From assembly GCA_964400625.1 (NCBI GenBank), contig CAYNUS010000004.1:26164-90163 (forward strand): DNA of 64,000 bases, written 5' to 3'. The position numbers and the translations under genes were made by a program. The notes under the pieces are model-generated. The model saw only the letters and a list, made by a program, of their open reading frames with translations. It was not told the DNA's origin and did no database searches. Source of the stretch: an uncultured Gammaproteobacteria bacterium (GTDB taxonomy: Bacteria > Patescibacteriota > Patescibacteriia > SG8-24 > DYFX01). This document shows, one piece after another, positions 59,474 through 64,000 of the stretch. The stretch's first letter is position 1; each line of letters opens with the position of its first letter.

Positions 59474-59597
59474 ATGGCGGGGTGATGCGACCTCATCCTA
59501 ACAGATGACGCGGGCGCACGGAAAGCAAAACACACCACTTGCGTGATGTGTCTTGCTGGCTCCGAGGCTGGGATTCGAACCCAGGACCAATGGATTA

Positions 59598-60130
59598 CAG
59601 TGCTAGCGACTGGACTATGTCATCTCCCCTTTCGGGGGTCGGGCGCTTCCGCCGAAGCATGCGCTTCGGAGTACTCCCTTGCGGGATAGTCTCTACACCT
59701 TCGCCGCTTGCGCGGCGCTTGGCTCGGCGTTGGTCGGACGGACGTTCGCCGAATTCACCCGATGTTTTCACTTCCGGCCTCGCCGGAACGTGCTGCCTGA
59801 TGGACTTCCGCATGGCAATTCGCGCACAGCAGGGCGCACTTATCGAGCTCGGATCGGATCCTCGCCCATGAGCGCGTCGCGCCGTCCGCGGAAATGCTGA
59901 AATCCTTGTGTGCCGGTTCCCGGTGATGGAACGTGAGCGCGGATTCGCACTTGGCGTATCCGCAACGTTCGCATGCACCGCCCTTGTAGGCCAGCGCAAG
60001 CCGCTTGAGTTTCTTCCGTCGTCGATCGACGAAGTACTTCCCCTTGCAACCTGCGCCGCAGAACCGGCGCCCTGCGCCCACCGTCCGTACGCATGTCTTC
60101 CACGCGCATCGGACGCTGGTGCTAGCTTCG
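59598..60130 (-). mobile_element. Group I intron (533 nt) in the anticodon, position 35/36
   Basis: 5' exon ends in U, intron ends in G; core motifs GAATTCGGCGAA, AACGCCGAGCCAAG, GGTGTAGAGACTA, GACATAGTCC; GCAG can pair with exon CUGU as IGS. Confidence 0.9.
59755..60081 (-). CDS. Intron-encoded HNH endonuclease (start uncertain; first in-frame GTG used)
   Basis: YKGGACERCGY..C..ALTFHH.EP..KDFSIS...ELDKCALLCANCHAEVH. Confidence 0.75.
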   Translation of the reverse strand: MGAGRRFCGAGCKGKYFVDRRRKKLKRLALAYKGGACERCGYAKCESALTFHHREPAHKDFSISADGATRSWARIRSELDKCALLCANCHAEVHQAARSGEAGSENIG

Positions 60131-60193
60131 ACAGTCCACTGCTCTACCGCTGAGCTACCTCGGAACGTTCGCTTCTTTTTTACGGACGGGAAC

Positions 60194-60222
60194 AGCATAC
60201 ACGATGGGTTCAAACCTATCAA
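60194..60222 (-). promoter_or_regulatory. tRNA promoter
   Basis: TTGATA-17-TATGCT about 30 nt upstream of the tRNA 5' end. Confidence 0.6.
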
Positions 60223-60306
60223 GTCCCGTTCCCAGTCTCCTGAAAACCGCCCCCGGCACGCAAGACCCTCGGAATTCCGCATGAAAAAAGCCCTCTTTTC
60301 GGGGGC

Positions 60307-60924
60307 TTAGGCCTTCTTGATCGGCGCCTTCACGATGACCTCGTCGACCAGGCCGTAGGCCTTGGCTTCCTCGGCGTCCATGAAGTTGTCGCGGTCGGTG
60401 TCGGCGGCGATCTTTTCGATCGTCTGGCCGGTGTGTTCCGCCATGAGGCGGTTCAGGCGCATCTTGGTGCGCTGGATGTGGGCGGCCTGGATCTGGATGT
60501 CGGTGGCCTGGCCGCGGGCGCCGCCGAGCGGCTGATGGATCATCACCTCCGCGTTCGGCAGGATCCTGCGCTTGCCCTTGGCGCCGCCGCAGAGCAGGAA
60601 GGCGCCCATCGAGGCCGCCATGCCCATGCAGATCGTCGAGACGTCCGCCTGGATGTACTGCATCGTGTCGTAGATCGCGAGGCCTGCCGTCACCAGTCCG
60701 CCGGGCGAGTTGATGTGCAGGTAGATGTCGGACTTGGCGTCCTCGTTCTCCAGGAAGAGCAGCTGGGCCACGATGACCGCGGCGGCGGTTTCCGTCACGG
60801 GCCCTTGCAGGAGGATGATGCGGTCCTTGAGGAGCCGGGAGAAGATGTCGTAGCCGCGTTCGCCGCGGTGCGTGGTCTCGATGACCATGGGAAGGAACAG
60901 GTGCGGGCGATCGTCATCATGCAT
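60307..60924 (-). CDS. clpP: ATP-dependent Clp protease proteolytic subunit
   Basis: [37 protein letters not shown]. Confidence 0.98.
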   Translation of the reverse strand: MHDDDRPHLFLPMVIETTHRGERGYDIFSRLLKDRIILLQGPVTETAAAVIVAQLLFLENEDAKSDIYLHINSPGGLVTAGLAIYDTMQYIQADVSTICMGMAASMGAFLLCGGAKGKRRILPNAEVMIHQPLGGARGQATDIQIQAAHIQRTKMRLNRLMAEHTGQTIEKIAADTDRDNFMDAEEAKAYGLVDEVIVKAPIKKA

Positions 60925-60984
60925 TCGGTGCCTCCTTGTTCGGCGTCGTCCGACGCCTGAACATACGCCTCGAGGCGGCGCGCG

Positions 60985-61776
60985 TCAAGACGCCGGCGCG
61001 AGAAGTCCGCGCTCCTCGAGGAACGCGAGTACGGCGTCGGCCAATCCCCTCGCCGCTTTCGCCTGGTCGGAAACGATGATCCGGCGGTCGCGCGGATTCG
61101 TCAGGAATCCCGTCTCCAGGATGGCGGCCGGGGTCATCGGGTGGAGCGAATGCTCGTAGCGTCGCCAGTTGAAGGCGTAGTAGCCGCGCATGTTGCGGGT
61201 GACGTTCGGGTCGTACGGCAGGCCCGTAGCCTCCTCGTACTTCAGGTCGAGCAGCATCGCGAGCGACGACGCGCTGCCGGTCAGGTCACGCCTCGGGGCG
61301 GCGGCCTTGTAGCCGGAGACGGTCGTGTCGGGATTGCCGTCGGCGTGGATGGCGACGAAGGCGTCGGCGTAGTGGTCGGGCGGAATCGTGGTCGGCAGGA
61401 TCTCCACGACGATGCCGCGCGCCTCGAGCAGCGGCTTGGCTTTCCGCGCGATCTCCAGGTTCACTTCCCACTCGCGCTTGCCGCCGCCGCTCGTGCCGTT
61501 GGCGCGCAGGTTCTCGAGCTCGTCGGGCGCCTCGGCCGCCTTCCAATGCCCGGCCTGCAAGGCCACGCGCGGCGGTCCCTCGGGACGCTTCCAGTCGGCG
61601 AGCTCGCGGCGCATGCGTTCCTCGATCGAGAGGACCTGTTCTTCCGGCATTTCCTCCGGCGCGTCGAAACCGGCCTCCGTGTCGGAGACCGAGACCGTGT
61701 AGAGGCGCGCATGGCCGGCGAGACCGAGGCCCGCCAGGATGAACGCGCCGATGACGAGGAAGGAGATCCGGTTCAT
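60985..61776 (-). CDS. N-acetylmuramoyl-L-alanine amidase (Amidase_3)
   Basis: LQAGH, EWEVNL, AIHADG, PAAILETGFLTN; N-terminal TM. Confidence 0.88.
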   Translation of the reverse strand: MNRISFLVIGAFILAGLGLAGHARLYTVSVSDTEAGFDAPEEMPEEQVLSIEERMRRELADWKRPEGPPRVALQAGHWKAAEAPDELENLRANGTSGGGKREWEVNLEIARKAKPLLEARGIVVEILPTTIPPDHYADAFVAIHADGNPDTTVSGYKAAAPRRDLTGSASSLAMLLDLKYEEATGLPYDPNVTRNMRGYYAFNWRRYEHSLHPMTPAAILETGFLTNPRDRRIIVSDQAKAARGLADAVLAFLEERGLLAPAS

Positions 61777-61849
61777 GTGCTGAGCCTACAGCCCTACGAC
61801 ACCGTCGCCAAGCCCTTTCTTTCGGCGTATACTGGCCGAAACCCTCCCT

Positions 61850-62836
61850 ATGCCCCAACGCACGCGGAAACCGCTCGCCGACCTCCACAACCACCTCGGC
61901 GCCTCCGTGCGGCCGTCCATCTTGTGGTCGATCGCGCACCGCCAAGGCATCAAGCTTCCCACCAAGAGCTATTGGGAGTTCGAGGCGATGATCACGATGC
62001 GCGGCCGCGAGCGCAACCGGAACCTCGACGAGATGCACGAGCGTTTCTTCCGCTGGACGGAACTCATCCAATCGTCGCCGGAAGCCATCGAGGAATCCGT
62101 GAAGGCCGTCATCGACGGCGCCTACCGCCGCGGCAACATCGTCCTGCACGAGCTGCGCTTCAACCCGATGAAGCGCAACCGCGGCGGCGAGCGCGATCTC
62201 GACAACATCATCATGTCGGCGGTCTGGGGCATGGACAAGGCGCTCCTCGAATATCCGCAGGTGAAGGCCGGCCTCATCCTCATCATGGACCGGGGCTTCC
62301 CGCCGGAGCAGAACATGATCCTCGTCGACAAGGCCATCAAGTACGCGGGGCGCGGCGTGGTCGGCATCGACCTGGCCGGACCGAACCACCGCGCGTTCTC
62401 GATGCGCAAGCACCTGCCGCACTTCCGCAAGGCCAAGGCCGCCGGTCTCGGCGTCACCGTCCACACCGGCGAGGAACGCCAGCTCGACGAGATGCGCTTC
62501 GTGGTCGACGAGGTCCGTCCGGATCGCATCGGGCATGGCGTGCAGTGCGTGCGCGACGACGCCCTCATGCGCCGCGTGGCCGCCTCCGGCATCACCCTCG
62601 AGATCTGCCCGACCTCGAACCTCAAGAACAGCGTCCTGCCGGACGTCCGCGCGCTCAAGGAGACGTTCGCGAAGCTGATCGCGCACGACGTCCCGTTCGT
62701 CCTCTGCACCGACGGCCCCGAGATGTACCAGACGCACCTCCATCAGGAGCAGGAATTCCTCGTCGAACGCGGCATCCTGACCGCCGCGCAGGTCGAAGCC
62801 GCGCGGAAACGCGCGTTCGAGGCCAGTTTCGTCTAG
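61850..62836 (+). CDS. Adenosine deaminase family protein (second, divergent)
   Basis: DLHNHLG, ELRFNP, GIDLAG, TVHTGE, RIGHG, CPTSN, CTDGP. Confidence 0.88.
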   Translation: MPQRTRKPLADLHNHLGASVRPSILWSIAHRQGIKLPTKSYWEFEAMITMRGRERNRNLDEMHERFFRWTELIQSSPEAIEESVKAVIDGAYRRGNIVLHELRFNPMKRNRGGERDLDNIIMSAVWGMDKALLEYPQVKAGLILIMDRGFPPEQNMILVDKAIKYAGRGVVGIDLAGPNHRAFSMRKHLPHFRKAKAAGLGVTVHTGEERQLDEMRFVVDEVRPDRIGHGVQCVRDDALMRRVAASGITLEICPTSNLKNSVLPDVRALKETFAKLIAHDVPFVLCTDGPEMYQTHLHQEQEFLVERGILTAAQVEAARKRAFEASFV

Positions 62837-63417
62837 AGCAGGCCGTAGACGCCGGCCACGCCGTGCGCGAAGAGCGCGTTGAAGACGAGGTTGCCGCAGA
62901 GCACCGTCGCGAAGACGGCGCGGAAACGGTAGCCCATGAGCCCGAGCGGCAGGGTGACGATCTCGTTCGGCAGCGGCACGAACGCCGCGACGACCGCGAG
63001 GACGGCGAGCGGCGCCGCCGGCGAGCGCTCCCGAAGCTTCTCGAGCCGCCGCACCGCCTTCCCGGCCACGCCGTCGCGCGCGAAGGAACGCCCGGCGCTG
63101 CCGATCAGGAACGCGATGGAATCCGCGAGCGTGACCCCGAGCGACATCACGACGATCGTCATCCAGAGATCGAGGCCCGCCGCGAGGAACGTGGGGATGA
63201 AGGCGGCGGCCGGGACCGGCACCACCAGGTTGAAGCCGCTCACGATCGACGCCAGGAAGACGCCGAAATAGCCGAACGCGCGCACCAGTTCGGCGGCGTC
63301 CTCGTTGCCGTGGATGGAGCTTCCCAACGCGAAACCGGCGGCGATGAGGCCGAGGGCGGCGAACGCCTTCAGCCACGCCTTTTCATGTTCACGATGGCGG
63401 CCGTTTTCGAAACGCAT
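62833..63417 (-). CDS. DedA/VTT-like membrane protein
   Basis: FGYFGVF, VVPVP, LGVTLADSIAFLIG, PLPNE...PLGL. Confidence 0.7.
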   Translation of the reverse strand: MRFENGRHREHEKAWLKAFAALGLIAAGFALGSSIHGNEDAAELVRAFGYFGVFLASIVSGFNLVVPVPAAAFIPTFLAAGLDLWMTIVVMSLGVTLADSIAFLIGSAGRSFARDGVAGKAVRRLEKLRERSPAAPLAVLAVVAAFVPLPNEIVTLPLGLMGYRFRAVFATVLCGNLVFNALFAHGVAGVYGLL

Positions 63418-63465
63418 CGTGCGGATTGTACCATTCCACCCTAAAAACTGCTAAGATACGGGCAT

Positions 63466-64000
63466 ATGCGAAAATCCTCCTTGCTTGCGCTGGCCGCCTC
63501 GGGACTCGGCCTGCTCATGTCCGCCCTGCCCGCCGCCGCGGCCGCGGGCGACGTCGTCTCGATCGCGCTCCGCGACTTCAATCACGACGGGCGCATCGAC
63601 CGCGCCGTGGTCGCCGTGGCGAATCCTGCCGGGACCTGGAGCCTCCAGGACGCCGCCGGTTTCGCCGTCGCCTATGACGGCGCGCCGCTCGCGATCTCCA
63701 AGGTCCGGGTCGCCGCCCCGTCGGCCGATCCGGCTCTCGTCGAGATCGTCCTCGACCCGGCGAACCTGCCGCTCACGACCTCCGCCGCGCGGTTCGAGGT
63801 TTCCTACGCCGGCGCCGGCCTGACGCCCTTCGCCGCCGATGACGCCACGGAAGCCGTGACGGAACGTGACGAGGCCGGGCCCGTCCTGATCGCCTCGAAC
63901 CCTGCCGCGGGCTCGATCGACGTCTATCGCGGCGCGGACCTCATCCTCACCTTCAGCGAGGACGTCGACCCGGCCAGCCTCGTCCCCGCCTCCGCCCGCA
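63466..64000 (+). CDS. Secreted Ig-like domain surface protein, truncated by window end
   Basis: Signal peptide MRKSSLLALAA...; DFNHDGRID Ca-binding-like motif; DEAGPVLIASNP...LTFSEDVD Ig-like signature; TAAGAT 8 nt upstream of ATG. Confidence 0.7.
   Translation, partial: MRKSSLLALAASGLGLLMSALPAAAAAGDVVSIALRDFNHDGRIDRAVVAVANPAGTWSLQDAAGFAVAYDGAPLAISKVRVAAPSADPALVEIVLDPANLPLTTSAARFEVSYAGAGLTPFAADDATEAVTERDEAGPVLIASNPAAGSIDVYRGADLILTFSEDVDPASLVPASAR

Larger units (their letters stand above)
59557..60164 (-). tRNA. tRNA-Asn(GTT) split by a group I intron (exons 60164-60131 and 59597-59557)
   Basis: Joined exons: TCCGAGG TA GCTC AGCGGTA GAGC A GTGGA CT GT|T AA TCCAT TGGTC CTGGG TTCGAAT CCCAG CCTCGGA G CCA, a full cloverleaf with encoded CCA. 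Confidence 0.93.

Noticed and set aside
59840-60109. ATG-initiated 89-aa ORF in the intron
   Set aside because: Out of frame with the HNH motifs and has no recognisable features
59755-60282. The 175-aa ORF-track version of the HNH gene starting upstream of the tRNA
   Set aside because: Its start lies upstream of the apparent tRNA promoter and the frame crosses the tRNA exon; only the intronic part looks protein-like

Overview
High-GC bacterial chromosomal segment. It is most consistent with a Patescibacteria/CPR genome, possibly ABY1-like. This is an inference from the compact atp operon, the CxxC-x17-CxxC protein, the arrays of small DUF genes, the many genes lacking a Shine-Dalgarno (SD) and the intron-split tRNA. 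The window carries the complete F1Fo ATP synthase operon; tRNA/rRNA housekeeping genes (metG, tatD, rsmI, thiI, CCA enzyme, rlmI-like); a lexA-sod-peroxiredoxin-pepA-MGMT-bcp stress region studded with six GTCAT...ATGAC palindromic repeats; class Ia RNR (nrdB-nrdA) with NrdR boxes; a pnuC-nadR-like NAD salvage pair; several envelope enzymes; recQ; ABC transporters; a run of small DUF genes; clpP; and two adenosine-deaminase-family genes. The most notable items are: (1) a tRNA-Asn(GTT) split inside the anticodon (35/36) by a 533-nt group I intron encoding an HNH endonuclease with no in-frame ATG; (2) a secreted lysyl-oxidase + PQQ/GSDH beta-propeller fusion; (3) a secreted mosaic protein built from Hcp-like and T3SS-needle-like motifs; (4) a stand-alone ParB/Srx-like orphan; (5) a type-I-toxin-like transcription unit; (6) two coexisting initiation architectures (leaderless -10-only genes versus strong-SD genes). 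All assignments come from reading motifs by eye; no database searches were run.
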